Below are positions 9,480 to 19,922 of a DNA stretch of 64,000 nucleotides, one piece after another. The stretch comes from a virus: positions 64,001 to 128,000 of IMG/VR virus record IMGVR_UViG_3300031418_000005, one strand, 5' to 3'. Within the stretch, counting starts at the first letter, position 1, and every line of letters begins with the position of its first letter. The position numbers and the translations under genes were made by a program. The notes below the pieces were generated by a model that was not told the DNA's origin, ran no database searches, and saw only the letters and a program-made list of their open reading frames with translations.

Positions 9480-11585
9480 TTAATGCACCACCACGGCACC
9501 CAACCCACCGTCATACAGCGAGGCTGGAACTTGATGGTCTGTATAGAACCCGACATTATCGAGGTTGTTTTGCTGACCTTCGAACAACAACATCGGGCCA
9601 GCGGAACGAATCGCAATGAGCGTATTGTGGTCCACAAAACGTTTACCGGAGACGGTCGTCGCATCTTCGCTATCGAAGCCGACTGCCGGGAACGAGTTCG
9701 TTGGAGATTCCACACGCGATATGGCGAGCATAATCGCAATATGCGTCATCGGAATACCGTTCAGCTTACGTTGGATGTATTTGAACGTGTCGAACAATGC
9801 ATAAGTACACTGTTTCTCCGTCGCACCACCCATTTCTACCAGAGTAATTGGTTTCACTCTGCCCTGCTTCTTGTTCATCTTCATCGTCGTGTTGGCGTTG
9901 ATAATCTCCACGACTTCATCGTTCTTATCCGCCGCTACAGAACGGAGTTTGGTCTCCAGTCCGGCCACGAACTCAGCCATCGATTCAGAACGGTTGGTGT
10001 AGATGAGCACCGGTAACTTTTGCGACCAGCCTTTCAACGGAATGTGTACCGTTTTCTTGGTAGGGAAGCGCAAGTCAGCACGATGCTTCAAGAAGAAATG
10101 CAAGAAGGCTTTAGAGAAGTTCCCACAAACCCCCATGCGCACATCCACCGATTCTTCGGACAACACCTGACCATCCGCATCCCGACGATAGAACGTGAGA
10201 TCGGTGATTTCAGGCAGTGCCGTTTCATCAATATCATCCAGGTGTTCATGATACGCAATCTGGCTCAACTCGGAATACACCTTGTCGGAAACAACCAGCT
10301 CATATTCATCCCACACGCCAAACTGTGGCTTCGGACGCAGACACAAGCCTTTGACCGCATTGTGCTTGTACTCGACCATATAGTCCTTCATGCGCGGCGT
10401 CAACACGAGGTTGAGCAGGTAACGCAAGAAGTCCAGGTGTTTGGTGGACAGAATCCCCTGGGTACCCTTCTCCGAAATGGAGGTAGAGGCCAGGTGACCC
10501 GGTGATGTGCCTTCGGACAGATTGTAAATCAAGTCCCCCATACAGACCGCACAGATGCCCTGGTCGGCCATGCGTTTACACGTCATGGCACTGCGGAACA
10601 CTATGGGCTTGCCGACAACTTTGTCAAACTCGTCTTCTTCAAACCGACGCCACGGACCCGTTTCGCCATCAAAGCGGTAACGCATCCCCTTCATCGACTT
10701 GAATGCTTTCTCATCGAGTTTCACATCCTGGAAGGTGTGGTGGTGCACATGGTGCGTACCACAGTCTTCGTAGGAGAAGTACATCAGCACGTTTGCCGCC
10801 AGCTGCAGTTTACGTGACGCGTATTCTGCTTCGGCAATTTTATCTGTGTTATACAGATGCGAACGTGAAGTTGCACCGGACTCTTTGAGGCGGCTGATTA
10901 CCGAGTGCATCCCGGTGAAGAAACCTTCCCACACCTGGTTGGAATAAACGCGTGAGTCAATCTCGGACGTTTTACCACGCACGAATGCCTGGAGCACCTG
11001 GTTCATCTTAATGGTTTTGTCAAGTACCGACATCACCACCGGATTGTATTTCAGTGCTGGGTCCTGGAAGATTTTCTCAATCAGCTTATACGCTTCTTCC
11101 ACCATGTCCACGCCTTCTTCATCATACCCGGTCGGATAGACTTTCGACCATTCCCGGATAATCTTGAAGTTGTCGTGGTTGTAGATTTCCATCATCGTGT
11201 CATAGTCGATGGTGGTACAATAGGCGAGCAGGTTCTTCACCGTCATGTTGAACGCATCAGCGTACACATGTTGGCTCAGGATGTAACGCGTGTCGGCGAG
11301 ATCGATACCGGCTTTGCGTGCCAACACACTGGCCTCAGACATGAAGTCAATGTGTCGGTCATCGGTTGCCACCTCACCCGGACGGTAGGCCAGGGTTGAC
11401 GGGGTTGGTACCTGCGGATAGAACCGCGAGATACCCCAGTAAGGCCAACTCAGCTTGATGTGCCGAGATGACATTTCCAGTTTCTTACCGTCATCAAACT
11501 CCACGTAATAACGACCACGGAGCTTCCAGACCTGATCCGAGTTCAGGGCACGTAATTGATGAACATGGACGGAACGACCTTGCAT
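9480..11585 (-). CDS. Non-virion RNA polymerase beta-prime C-terminal subunit (phiKZ gp74-like)
   Basis: AEAEYASRKL bridge helix, EDCGT, RSAMTC...GICAVCMG Zn site and SISEKGTQGILSTKH trigger loop. Confidence 0.88.
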   Translation of the reverse strand: MQGRSVHVHQLRALNSDQVWKLRGRYYVEFDDGKKLEMSSRHIKLSWPYWGISRFYPQVPTPSTLAYRPGEVATDDRHIDFMSEASVLARKAGIDLADTRYILSQHVYADAFNMTVKNLLAYCTTIDYDTMMEIYNHDNFKIIREWSKVYPTGYDEEGVDMVEEAYKLIEKIFQDPALKYNPVVMSVLDKTIKMNQVLQAFVRGKTSEIDSRVYSNQVWEGFFTGMHSVISRLKESGATSRSHLYNTDKIAEAEYASRKLQLAANVLMYFSYEDCGTHHVHHHTFQDVKLDEKAFKSMKGMRYRFDGETGPWRRFEEDEFDKVVGKPIVFRSAMTCKRMADQGICAVCMGDLIYNLSEGTSPGHLASTSISEKGTQGILSTKHLDFLRYLLNLVLTPRMKDYMVEYKHNAVKGLCLRPKPQFGVWDEYELVVSDKVYSELSQIAYHEHLDDIDETALPEITDLTFYRRDADGQVLSEESVDVRMGVCGNFSKAFLHFFLKHRADLRFPTKKTVHIPLKGWSQKLPVLIYTNRSESMAEFVAGLETKLRSVAADKNDEVVEIINANTTMKMNKKQGRVKPITLVEMGGATEKQCTYALFDTFKYIQRKLNGIPMTHIAIMLAISRVESPTNSFPAVGFDSEDATTVSGKRFVDHNTLIAIRSAGPMLLFEGQQNNLDNVGFYTDHQVPASLYDGGLGAVVVH

Positions 11586-13825
11586 TATTTCTCCTCCCGT
11601 ACTGGACGGATTAGCTCAAACCCTTCGGCGCGATGGATGTTACGAATCATACGGTCAACCTGTGAATCACCCATCGGGAACTTCTTACGGTCAACCAGAT
11701 AGCCAGGGTTCGTTGGCGTTGGAGAATTAAACAGCCCGGTAACAATCTGGCGATGTACTGCCGGATCGTTCGCGCGGTTATGCGCTTCATCGTAGTTACC
11801 TGGGCCAAAGCCTTCCAGCAGACGGTGCTCAGACGGGCCACCCCACTTCAAAGCTTTGAGGTTAATTGGGAACGACCCACGACCTTGGTTAGAGGCATCG
11901 ATGGTTCCCATAAAGTTCAGGTACATGGAAGAGATACTGGAGAACTCACGACCGGTTTTATCCAGGCGCAGCGTTTCCACTAACCCCACGTAGAACTCGT
12001 TCTTCGTCCACTCTTTCTCACCGTCGTAATTGGTAATCAAGAGTTTCGATTTCTTCGGCTTAAACTCGCCTAAGCGTTCGCAGATATCCACCGGCAGGTC
12101 ATCCAGCTCATGTGGCAGCCAGATGCGAATGGTGAAGTCGTAAATCTCCGCAAAGAGTTTACGCTTCAGTTCGACCGTGTCGTGCGTGGCATTCAGTGCG
12201 TTTACCCAGTCCGGGTTATAGCGCACCAGATAATCCATCATCACGTTCCAGGCCCCTTCGACATCATTCTGATCCAGCATCGGTTGCATACGCATCTTCA
12301 ACTGTTCAGAAGCCGCTGACCAATACATGTGGAACAATGCAGCATAGGTCGAGCGACGTACCACGGCGTTCATCGAGCGGATAACATGGACACGTTCACC
12401 GAATTCATTAATCGGCATATCCTCATCATCCAACACACGACCAACGATACCTTTGGTACCGGAGCGGTCAGTGATTTTCGACGACACCGTAACCGGGATC
12501 GGATAGCTTACGACGATTTTGATGGTGTAGGTATTGATAGGGTCACGCAGACCACGCTGCACTGGAGAAGTCAGCTTGGAGATAATCTGCTGTGACACGC
12601 CATCTTTACCGTACTCACCACGACGGATAGATTCGTCGATAACCTGTTTGATTTCGTCACGGAACTCGGCATACACTTCGTACGTTTCCGAAGCAAATGC
12701 TTTGTCCAGCAACACACAGGCTTTCGGTGACCAGACAATACTCTTGTCCTTGGACATCGCGAAGTAGAAGCGAACGATGGCACGATAATACTCTTTCAGC
12801 GCCAGCGCGTACTTATCCAGTTCACGTTTGTTCTCTTCGGTACAATTGATATTGTTGACACCGTGGCTACAACTGGTTTCATCACGCCAGACCTGAATGT
12901 CTACCACGCGAGAACCGGTCTTCTCCATCTTCTCGTAGTCGTTTTCCAGCGACGCTTTGTAATGCTCGGGATCGGCATCGACATATTCGCAACGATCCAT
13001 GTGTGGCGAGATGTGTTGCGTCTCACCCAGCGTGGTATCAATCGCCGCATACAGCTTGTCGAACCGGCGGGCCGCAATCACCAGACCGTCATCACGAATT
13101 GCTTCGCCGACGTTTGGCAGATAGCGCGGTACCCGTACCCCGTTGAGATCGTTAAAGCCATACGCATCCAGCAGGAACTCATCGTCACGCAAGGTGAACT
13201 CGATGGTCTTTAAACCGAACGCGTGCATGGCCGCTGCCGCAGTCTTGGAGATGGTATACGCATCTTCAATGATATCAGGGTGTGACATCGTGACTGTGGA
13301 CAAACTGACGCCGTCGACAAACTCACCGTCTTTCAGTGCGTTGAACGTCGTCAGGATTTCATCCTTTTCTAACTGTTCCGTTTCCCCGTTCAAGAGTGAG
13401 CGTAACTTATTCGTTTCGCGTTTCTCTGAGGAGAAGATGTTGTCGTGGTTGGTGTAGAAGTTTACCTCCAACACGTCAATCATCGTTTTCTTCTGTATCG
13501 TTTGCTCAGCCCGTTTAAAGAAGATAGCGTACTCCAATGCCTTAGAGTCGCCCTGCCGACCGTATCGTGCAAACGTTGCACGACGTTGACGCCCATCTTT
13601 GGTCATGTAACTGCAGGTGGTCCCACTGTCCTCAACAATGTCGTTAAAGACAAAGTCATGGTAGTTTACATCCGCACCCGTAAAGTGGGGTGACGGTTGT
13701 GGATGGTCAATCGGGACATTCGACTTCATATGTCCACCGACCATTGATGCACGCGCACCGGATACCATTGGGATACCGGGTTCACGGTCAGCCACACTAC
13801 TCATGAGTTCGACTGGTGTCTTCAT
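11585..13825 (-). CDS. Non-virion RNA polymerase beta C-terminal subunit (phiKZ gp71-73-like)
   Basis: ARASMVGGHM, IIEDA, SKITDRSGTKGIVG (beta conserved KxxxRxGxKG) and DDEDMP motifs. Confidence 0.88.
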   Translation of the reverse strand: MKTPVELMSSVADREPGIPMVSGARASMVGGHMKSNVPIDHPQPSPHFTGADVNYHDFVFNDIVEDSGTTCSYMTKDGRQRRATFARYGRQGDSKALEYAIFFKRAEQTIQKKTMIDVLEVNFYTNHDNIFSSEKRETNKLRSLLNGETEQLEKDEILTTFNALKDGEFVDGVSLSTVTMSHPDIIEDAYTISKTAAAAMHAFGLKTIEFTLRDDEFLLDAYGFNDLNGVRVPRYLPNVGEAIRDDGLVIAARRFDKLYAAIDTTLGETQHISPHMDRCEYVDADPEHYKASLENDYEKMEKTGSRVVDIQVWRDETSCSHGVNNINCTEENKRELDKYALALKEYYRAIVRFYFAMSKDKSIVWSPKACVLLDKAFASETYEVYAEFRDEIKQVIDESIRRGEYGKDGVSQQIISKLTSPVQRGLRDPINTYTIKIVVSYPIPVTVSSKITDRSGTKGIVGRVLDDEDMPINEFGERVHVIRSMNAVVRRSTYAALFHMYWSAASEQLKMRMQPMLDQNDVEGAWNVMMDYLVRYNPDWVNALNATHDTVELKRKLFAEIYDFTIRIWLPHELDDLPVDICERLGEFKPKKSKLLITNYDGEKEWTKNEFYVGLVETLRLDKTGREFSSISSMYLNFMGTIDASNQGRGSFPINLKALKWGGPSEHRLLEGFGPGNYDEAHNRANDPAVHRQIVTGLFNSPTPTNPGYLVDRKKFPMGDSQVDRMIRNIHRAEGFELIRPVREEK

Positions 13826-13857
13826 TCGCTAAATGCTCCTTATGGTTACCTCAGTAG

Positions 13858-13869
13858 GATAATATCTAT
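13858..13869 (-). promoter_or_regulatory. Putative early (vRNAP) promoter motif ATAGATATTATC
   Basis: The same 12-mer recurs upstream of several minus-strand operons. Confidence 0.65.
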
Positions 13870-13893
13870 CTATTTTATTTTAGGAGAAGCGTG

Positions 13894-14217
13894 ATGCTCG
13901 ATAGCTTTGCTACCCTATCCGAGGTGATACCTTCACCCAATTCCAGAACGTGGAAAGTGTTACACGATTACACTGACTTTCTGCGTAAGCACCCCAAGAC
14001 CAAAACCGAGATTGTTGACCCGAGATACAGCTGGCCGGAGATTCACAACTTCTATGCCTATTGTCGTCTCAAGGATTACGACGCTTCAATCGTATACCCC
14101 ATGATGTTGCTCAACGGGTTGGAAGACCCGATGAACTTCACACCCGCGGTCACGGAACTGTTGGTACCAGATGCCGGTGTCGTCAATGACATTCTCTCGA
14201 CCATTATCGAAGATTAA
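13894..14217 (+). CDS. Hypothetical protein (possible LysM-like/baseplate wedge-like)
   Basis: AGGAG SD. The MLLNGLEDP...LLVP pattern is LysM-like (inference). Confidence 0.5.
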   Translation: MLDSFATLSEVIPSPNSRTWKVLHDYTDFLRKHPKTKTEIVDPRYSWPEIHNFYAYCRLKDYDASIVYPMMLLNGLEDPMNFTPAVTELLVPDAGVVNDILSTIIED

Positions 14218-14254
14218 AAAAAGAAGGGACGCCCAGTCCCTTCTTCCTTCTTTT
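14216..14254. terminator. Bidirectional terminator
   Basis: AAGAAGGGAC...GTCCCTTCTT hairpin flanked by A-rich and T-rich tracts between convergent genes. Confidence 0.7.
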
Positions 14255-15617
14255 ATGCCCGGCTGAACGCTGAGCTGAATGATCCGCCGCTACCGCCCAG
14301 CAGTGAGCCTAAGCCACCGCTGCTGCCGCCAAGACCACCACCCATACCGCCGCCTAAGCCTCCGCCTAAACCACCGTCCAGACTTCCCAGACCACCGCCC
14401 CCTAATCCACCGGAATTACCCAGCAGACTCAGTGACTTCTCTTCCTTCTTACCGCCAAAGGCATCAACCAGTGACACTTTCGCCACTTCTGGCTTGTCAA
14501 GGTTAATGTTGCCTTTCTCTTCGTACATGCGTTGCAATGCAGGAGAGAGGTTCTTCAGCGGGTTCTGGTCGTTAGTCACTGCTGCACGTTTACGGAAGAA
14601 GGCCACCGGATCATCATCATCCAGTTCTGGCGCTTTTGCCGTATCCGACGCTTTCTTCATCGGGATCTGTTGTCCCGCAGGTTGGCGATCTAACCGGAAG
14701 TCGTGCGCACTGGTATCCTTTTCAGGCGTATCAGAACGCGGCCCGGTGTTATACGGCAGCGTCTGAATCACGTTGTCGTACACTTCCATGTTGTCGAGCT
14801 GTGAAATCCACTCATCGTCCAGGGTTTTCAGATGCGTATGGTCACGCAGTCCTTTTACCACCAGATTGTAGTTGACCACATACTGCGCCCAACCACGCGC
14901 CAGGCAACCGAAGTACGGACGGGAATCGTTAGACCCCACCACACTTGGATACCAGCCGAAGAGTGTAGACAGCAGGCGATGGATAATCACCTTGTCCTGC
15001 TTACGCTGCAGCTTCGCACCGAAATAGGTTGCGGTACCGTCCAGCGACTCTTCTTCGAACATGTGCTTATAGTTCGCCACGCGGTGGAACTTCGCACCGT
15101 CAATTTCCATCGATGGGCTGATGAAGATGTTCGTCACTTTATACTTCTTGTCTTTCTCCAACAAGTTGTACACGTACGCCTTCACCGTTTCCCACGATTT
15201 CACCAGACGGTCATCAAAGGTCGGCTCTTTCATGCCTTCGCAGATGATGTCGCTCATGAACTTCTTGTACCCTGCCAGACGCACAGATTTACCGGCGGCC
15301 GCAGTTTCCAGAATCGCGTCAATCAGTTCGAAGTTGCGCAGGAACAGATTGGTGCGGATGCTGTTCTTCAGGAAACGGATAGTGCCGGATTCACCCGACA
15401 GAATCGATTCACACAGCGGATGGAAGGCGTGACACTCACGACCCTCTGCATCCTCCAGACCCTGCTTAATCATGGCAGGGGTAGGAAGCGCCAGGCGGCG
15501 CTTCACTTTGTTGTAGGTGAACTCAGCAGGCTGGTCACCGTCAACAGTTAACAAATCACCATCGAACCCGTAACCCTGTGATTTCAGGAACGAGGTGTAA
15601 AATTCAATAATCTTCAT
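14253..15617 (-). CDS. Conserved chimallivirus core protein (phiKZ gp70-like) with Gly/Leu-rich tail
   Basis: Contains an FHPLCESILSGES motif. Synteny next to the nvRNAP genes. Confidence 0.6.
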   Translation of the reverse strand: MKIIEFYTSFLKSQGYGFDGDLLTVDGDQPAEFTYNKVKRRLALPTPAMIKQGLEDAEGRECHAFHPLCESILSGESGTIRFLKNSIRTNLFLRNFELIDAILETAAAGKSVRLAGYKKFMSDIICEGMKEPTFDDRLVKSWETVKAYVYNLLEKDKKYKVTNIFISPSMEIDGAKFHRVANYKHMFEEESLDGTATYFGAKLQRKQDKVIIHRLLSTLFGWYPSVVGSNDSRPYFGCLARGWAQYVVNYNLVVKGLRDHTHLKTLDDEWISQLDNMEVYDNVIQTLPYNTGPRSDTPEKDTSAHDFRLDRQPAGQQIPMKKASDTAKAPELDDDDPVAFFRKRAAVTNDQNPLKNLSPALQRMYEEKGNINLDKPEVAKVSLVDAFGGKKEEKSLSLLGNSGGLGGGGLGSLDGGLGGGLGGGMGGGLGGSSGGLGSLLGGSGGSFSSAFSRA

Positions 15618-15635
15618 GGGAACATAATCCTTAAA

Positions 15636-17396
15636 TTAGAGACCGCCGCGATTGTTACCACCGCCTAACCCACCACCGAGTCCGCCGCCCAGGCTACCCA
15701 GTCCGCTATCTGAACTCAACCCACCAAGGGTGTCGCCCAGTACCGCATTCGGGTTCAAGCCACCAAGGTCGGTGCCGAGACCAGAAGCTGCGGTCGGGAT
15801 ATTGGATTTCAGGCGGGTAATGCCGCTGTTGCGTTCGAACTCGTTGAAACCTTCTTCCACATGCTTAAGGAGGCCAGCGGTATTTTTCGCCAGACGTCCT
15901 GCATAGGTGAGATCGGTTGTGTTGCCGTTGTGCAGACGGAACTGCATAAACGACGCGAAGGTATACCATTCGGTCAGGTCGCCGTCGATGGTGATTTCGA
16001 TACGGGACACCGTACCCACCAGACAGGTCACCACCATCTTACAACGGATGCGGTTGTGTTTGGTGACTTGAATCATCACCGCACGCAGGTCGTTCAGGAA
16101 ACGACGCGCCATGACATCCGGCAGTGGGCCATCGGTCAGTGAACCCACGTTGTGCGGGAACACTTTCAGAATCGGTTCTTGCAGGATATCCGCATTACGG
16201 TTATCAAACATGAACGACACTTCGCCGAGCAGGTTACGGGTCATGGTTGCACCCAGCATCATTGCCAGGTCGTACGCCACGAGTGAACCCTGGGTGGACA
16301 TGTCATTACGTCCAATCCAGTTATCGGTCTGCTCGATTTGGCCCAGACCACGCTGCTCAGCCAGTCGGATCGATTCACCAATCCACACATCCATGTCCAT
16401 CGGGTTCGAGATGCACGCACGCAAATCGGCCAGACGGAAGGTGGCTTTACTGGTTGCTTTCCAACCACCGCTGATATCAGAGGTAGCGTTGGTCAGCGCC
16501 GCACGCATGGCTTTGATCAGCTCGTAGTTGTTAAAGTTACGAACCACGCCAAGGTTAGTCAGCTCTGAGTCAATCCCGATACTGGTGTTACCGGCGAAGA
16601 AGCTATCGACCTGACCCAGCTCTGTATCGATACCTGCGGTTGACAGGTACGCATTGGAGATGGCAGAGACGAACGCTTCCGGACGGGTTAACTGACCGGT
16701 CAGCAGTTGTGGGGCATGTTGCGCATTCGGCGACAGCATCGTATTGGCATCCGGCACGAAATCTTCATTCGATGCCAGCTCAATACGTTTCACCATGTCT
16801 GCAGATTTCGCCACAGAAATGATGTCTACACTGTTTTCGCTATAGCCCACATGCGACAGCGACTTCGACAGCACGTAGTTATCGACCAGACGATAAGAGT
16901 CCGGGTTGATACGACGACCACCCAGTCCATCACCGTCGTACGTACATTGCAGACCGTAGATGTCGTTAATGTACAGCACCATGTCATCAGGCAGTTTACC
17001 GAACAGGGATTTCTCTGCCTGTGAAGTATAGCCGGATACCACGTACTGGGTCTCTTGTGACTTCGAGCCTGCAATCGGCTGCGCCACAATGATTGCCACG
17101 AAGTTATAGACGCCCGTATCGTTCGACCCGAACTGGAACTGAATCGGGTTCGCATCGTCATCACTGACGTTCACGAACGGACGCTCGAATCCATCTTTGC
17201 CGTCATCGAAGCCCACGATTTGTGACAACGCCTGCTGATATTGCAGGGTGCCAGTGGCTTTGGTACCACCCATGGCTACCGCAGTAGCCAGGTCATCCAG
17301 GGCACCGGTGCTGGCATTAAAGCCAACACGACGACGAATCTGCTCCGGTACTTCGTAAACCGGGTACATTGCGAGTTTCAGTAATTTCATTGCCAT
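15636..17396 (-). CDS. Probable phage-nucleus protein import factor PicA/Imp1 (phiKZ gp69-like)
   Basis: 586 aa, at the syntenic position directly downstream of the gp68-like gene. No diagnostic motif was verified. Confidence 0.55.
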   Translation of the reverse strand: MAMKLLKLAMYPVYEVPEQIRRRVGFNASTGALDDLATAVAMGGTKATGTLQYQQALSQIVGFDDGKDGFERPFVNVSDDDANPIQFQFGSNDTGVYNFVAIIVAQPIAGSKSQETQYVVSGYTSQAEKSLFGKLPDDMVLYINDIYGLQCTYDGDGLGGRRINPDSYRLVDNYVLSKSLSHVGYSENSVDIISVAKSADMVKRIELASNEDFVPDANTMLSPNAQHAPQLLTGQLTRPEAFVSAISNAYLSTAGIDTELGQVDSFFAGNTSIGIDSELTNLGVVRNFNNYELIKAMRAALTNATSDISGGWKATSKATFRLADLRACISNPMDMDVWIGESIRLAEQRGLGQIEQTDNWIGRNDMSTQGSLVAYDLAMMLGATMTRNLLGEVSFMFDNRNADILQEPILKVFPHNVGSLTDGPLPDVMARRFLNDLRAVMIQVTKHNRIRCKMVVTCLVGTVSRIEITIDGDLTEWYTFASFMQFRLHNGNTTDLTYAGRLAKNTAGLLKHVEEGFNEFERNSGITRLKSNIPTAASGLGTDLGGLNPNAVLGDTLGGLSSDSGLGSLGGGLGGGLGGGNNRGGL

Positions 17397-17414
17397 TTAT
17401 AATACTCCTTTAGG

Positions 17415-19061
17415 TCAAGCCGATGCTTTGTCATTAAACCAGTCAACTTCTTCTACTTTCTTGCGAGCCTGAATTAACAGGAACTCTGCAAGCATGTTCT
17501 GAATACGTTTGTGCGGTGCGTATGCTTCGATATCCATTTCACACTTCAGCAGCATTGCCGCTTCTGGTGTTGCCCTGAGATGGAAGAAGAACGGACCAAC
17601 GTGTTCACGCAGAAGAAGATTAAGGGAATCGCGTAACGTGGAAGTCTCGCTCGTGTTGCGTTGTCCACGGTATGCTTGAGGATAATATCTATCCGTCTTT
17701 ATTTTGATTTCATTGTCGATAGGTTCAATCGGATACCCGGTACTGAGGTCAGACTGAATCATTTCACAACTAAGCAGCTGTGCGATTTCAGGCATCCCGT
17801 AGTTCAGGTACACCGCTTGCGCTAACCCCATACCGCACATGAACGCTTCGGCGTCAATGTCTTTATAGGTGCGTCTATCGGCAAACCGATGCAGGGCAGC
17901 CGCTATCAGCCACTCGTGCAGTTCGTAAAACGGCGAGGTGTGGTTCAACTGAATGGAATCAATCAGTATCTTCACATCAGCCGGTGGCACCGCAATGTCG
18001 ATGCTCTTGAGCGCCCGGCGGTAATCTTTAAAGAACACCTCGGTACGCACGTACTCTTTGATGGGGGCAGTAGTACGCGCCTGAATCAAATCAGTCGAGT
18101 TTATCTTACCACGCTCACCGTTGAACACCACGTTTTCAGGATGTTGCTTTAACAGCACGTTCTGATTCGAGATCTTAGAAGCGAACCCCGTTTCAATTTC
18201 CTGCTTCACGTTAAAGAACAAACCCGCCACCATGTTGTTCTCAACCATGGTACCTTTCGGCAGTTCAGCCCCGATTAAGCGCATGGACAACAGACGAATG
18301 ACAGCGAACGCCATCACATACTCGTCTGTCATGTCTGTGCCATAGCCGCTGACAGTAGCCAGCACCGACAGACTGGTCGACATCATGCCTTTGTTAGATT
18401 GGTCACGCTGCACTTTTTCCAGCACGCAATCCAGGAAGCCACGCAATTTCGGAATCGCTGGCAGTTTCATGATATCGGTATCGTTCAGGAGATCCATGCA
18501 ATACGTCAGGTTATAGACGTTCTTACGTTTCATCTCCACCGCCGCCCCTTTACTGGTTGGGAAAGCCCCAAGCGTCAGGAACACCGGAATGAACGGTTTA
18601 ATTAACATCACCAGAATAATCAGCTCGTAATAGTCCGAGACGATATACGTCATGGCTTCGGGATAGTTGGTTGACATGTCGTCGTACGTCATTGACATGT
18701 TTTCCGGAATCCAGACCGAGCTGAGTGGATACAGTTGCTTAAAGCGTTCAGCACTATGATAACGAGAAATCTTGTTCACCAGTCGAGGCGCATGTTTGCG
18801 TACCACTTCCGGCGGTTCATTGGCCAGCAGTTCCAGCTCAGCGTAGGCACTGAACAGGTCAGCTTTTTCATCGGCGGTTAAGGTTGACCAATACCGCTCA
18901 ATTTCCATGAACATAATCCGGTCGCGGGGGATCACCGCTCCCTTGGCGTCGTAAATCTCCGGAACATTCTGGTCTTTACGGCTGCCACGAAAGCCGTTGA
19001 ATCCTACCTCACTATCGCCCAATCGGACGACCAGGCGGTCACGAATTTTCTCAATTTTCAT
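17415..19061 (-). CDS. Probable nvRNAP sigma-like promoter-specificity subunit (phiKZ gp68-like)
   Basis: 548-aa helical protein at the syntenic position, with an early-promoter motif upstream. Confidence 0.6.
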   Translation of the reverse strand: MKIEKIRDRLVVRLGDSEVGFNGFRGSRKDQNVPEIYDAKGAVIPRDRIMFMEIERYWSTLTADEKADLFSAYAELELLANEPPEVVRKHAPRLVNKISRYHSAERFKQLYPLSSVWIPENMSMTYDDMSTNYPEAMTYIVSDYYELIILVMLIKPFIPVFLTLGAFPTSKGAAVEMKRKNVYNLTYCMDLLNDTDIMKLPAIPKLRGFLDCVLEKVQRDQSNKGMMSTSLSVLATVSGYGTDMTDEYVMAFAVIRLLSMRLIGAELPKGTMVENNMVAGLFFNVKQEIETGFASKISNQNVLLKQHPENVVFNGERGKINSTDLIQARTTAPIKEYVRTEVFFKDYRRALKSIDIAVPPADVKILIDSIQLNHTSPFYELHEWLIAAALHRFADRRTYKDIDAEAFMCGMGLAQAVYLNYGMPEIAQLLSCEMIQSDLSTGYPIEPIDNEIKIKTDRYYPQAYRGQRNTSETSTLRDSLNLLLREHVGPFFFHLRATPEAAMLLKCEMDIEAYAPHKRIQNMLAEFLLIQARKKVEEVDWFNDKASA

Positions 19062-19096
19062 TATGGTAAAGCTCCGCGAATAGTCGATTGCACCAA

Positions 19097-19108
19097 GATA
19101 ATATCTAT
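19097..19108 (-). promoter_or_regulatory. Putative early promoter motif ATAGATATTATC
   Basis: Exact copy of the recurrent motif, about 35 nt upstream of the 19061 start. Confidence 0.65.
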
Positions 19109-19152
19109 CTCAGTTCTCTTTCACTGCACTCTGATACACATAGCTGCTTTAT

Positions 19153-19176
19153 AGCCCGAGGGATATCCCTCGGGCT
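19153..19176. terminator. Perfect palindromic hairpin (terminator-like)
   Basis: AGCCCGAGGGATATCCCTCGGGCT in the intergenic gap. Confidence 0.55.
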
Positions 19177-19190
19177 CTGCGCTTTATTTT

Positions 19191-19859
19191 TTATACGAAA
19201 TCGTCGTAGCTGTCAGTTGTTGACGGAGGCTGAGATTGTTGCTGTTGCTGATAGCCGCCACCGTTACCACGGTTGCCACCACCATTACCGCCACCACCAT
19301 TGTAGCCGCCACGACCGAAGTTTCCACCGCCAGTGTTGTTGAACTCACGCGGTTTGTACTTCTCTTCGAGATCTGTAACGAACAGTTCGAAGTTCTTGAT
19401 GAAAGCGCGCGCTGCGCGTTCCGCCAGTTCCAGATCGCTTACCTGCTCACCGTTACGGAATACACGGAAGCCTTTCGGGTAAGAGAAGTAGAACTTCTTC
19501 TGGCGCGCGCCTGCGCCCTGGATTTCACCAGAGATAGCCATGAACGGTACCAGGTTCTCATCACGACCAACGTGAAGACTTACCGGCGGTTTGTTACCGT
19601 TTTCGTTCGTGAACTTGATGACCGACTTTTCTGATTTCATCAGCGTAGACTGAAGGCTGTCGACGATGTCACGACACACAGACAAAGGTGCTGAGAAATA
19701 CAGACCTTCGCCTTTCGCGAAGGAATAGTTGAACTTCATCCCTTCGACGTCACCGTTAAAATCATTCGGCTCGATACCCAACTTACGGGTACGGTTCTGC
19801 TGATCCGGTTCAGTCTGCGGATAAAGCCATTTTTCTTTGAAGATGTTTTGATTGACCAT
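19191..19859 (-). CDS. Putative single-stranded nucleic-acid-binding protein (phiKZ gp67-like position)
   Basis: Start MVNQNIF with an SD. Gly/Asn/Gln-rich linker and an acidic-aromatic C-terminus (DSYDDFV) like SSB tails. Confidence 0.55.
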   Translation of the reverse strand: MVNQNIFKEKWLYPQTEPDQQNRTRKLGIEPNDFNGDVEGMKFNYSFAKGEGLYFSAPLSVCRDIVDSLQSTLMKSEKSVIKFTNENGNKPPVSLHVGRDENLVPFMAISGEIQGAGARQKKFYFSYPKGFRVFRNGEQVSDLELAERAARAFIKNFELFVTDLEEKYKPREFNNTGGGNFGRGGYNGGGGNGGGNRGNGGGYQQQQQSQPPSTTDSYDDFV

Positions 19860-19922
19860 TAAATTAATTCCTTCGGAAAAGCATGTTTGGGTTCCCACAG
19901 GATAACCCTAATGCGTAAATTT

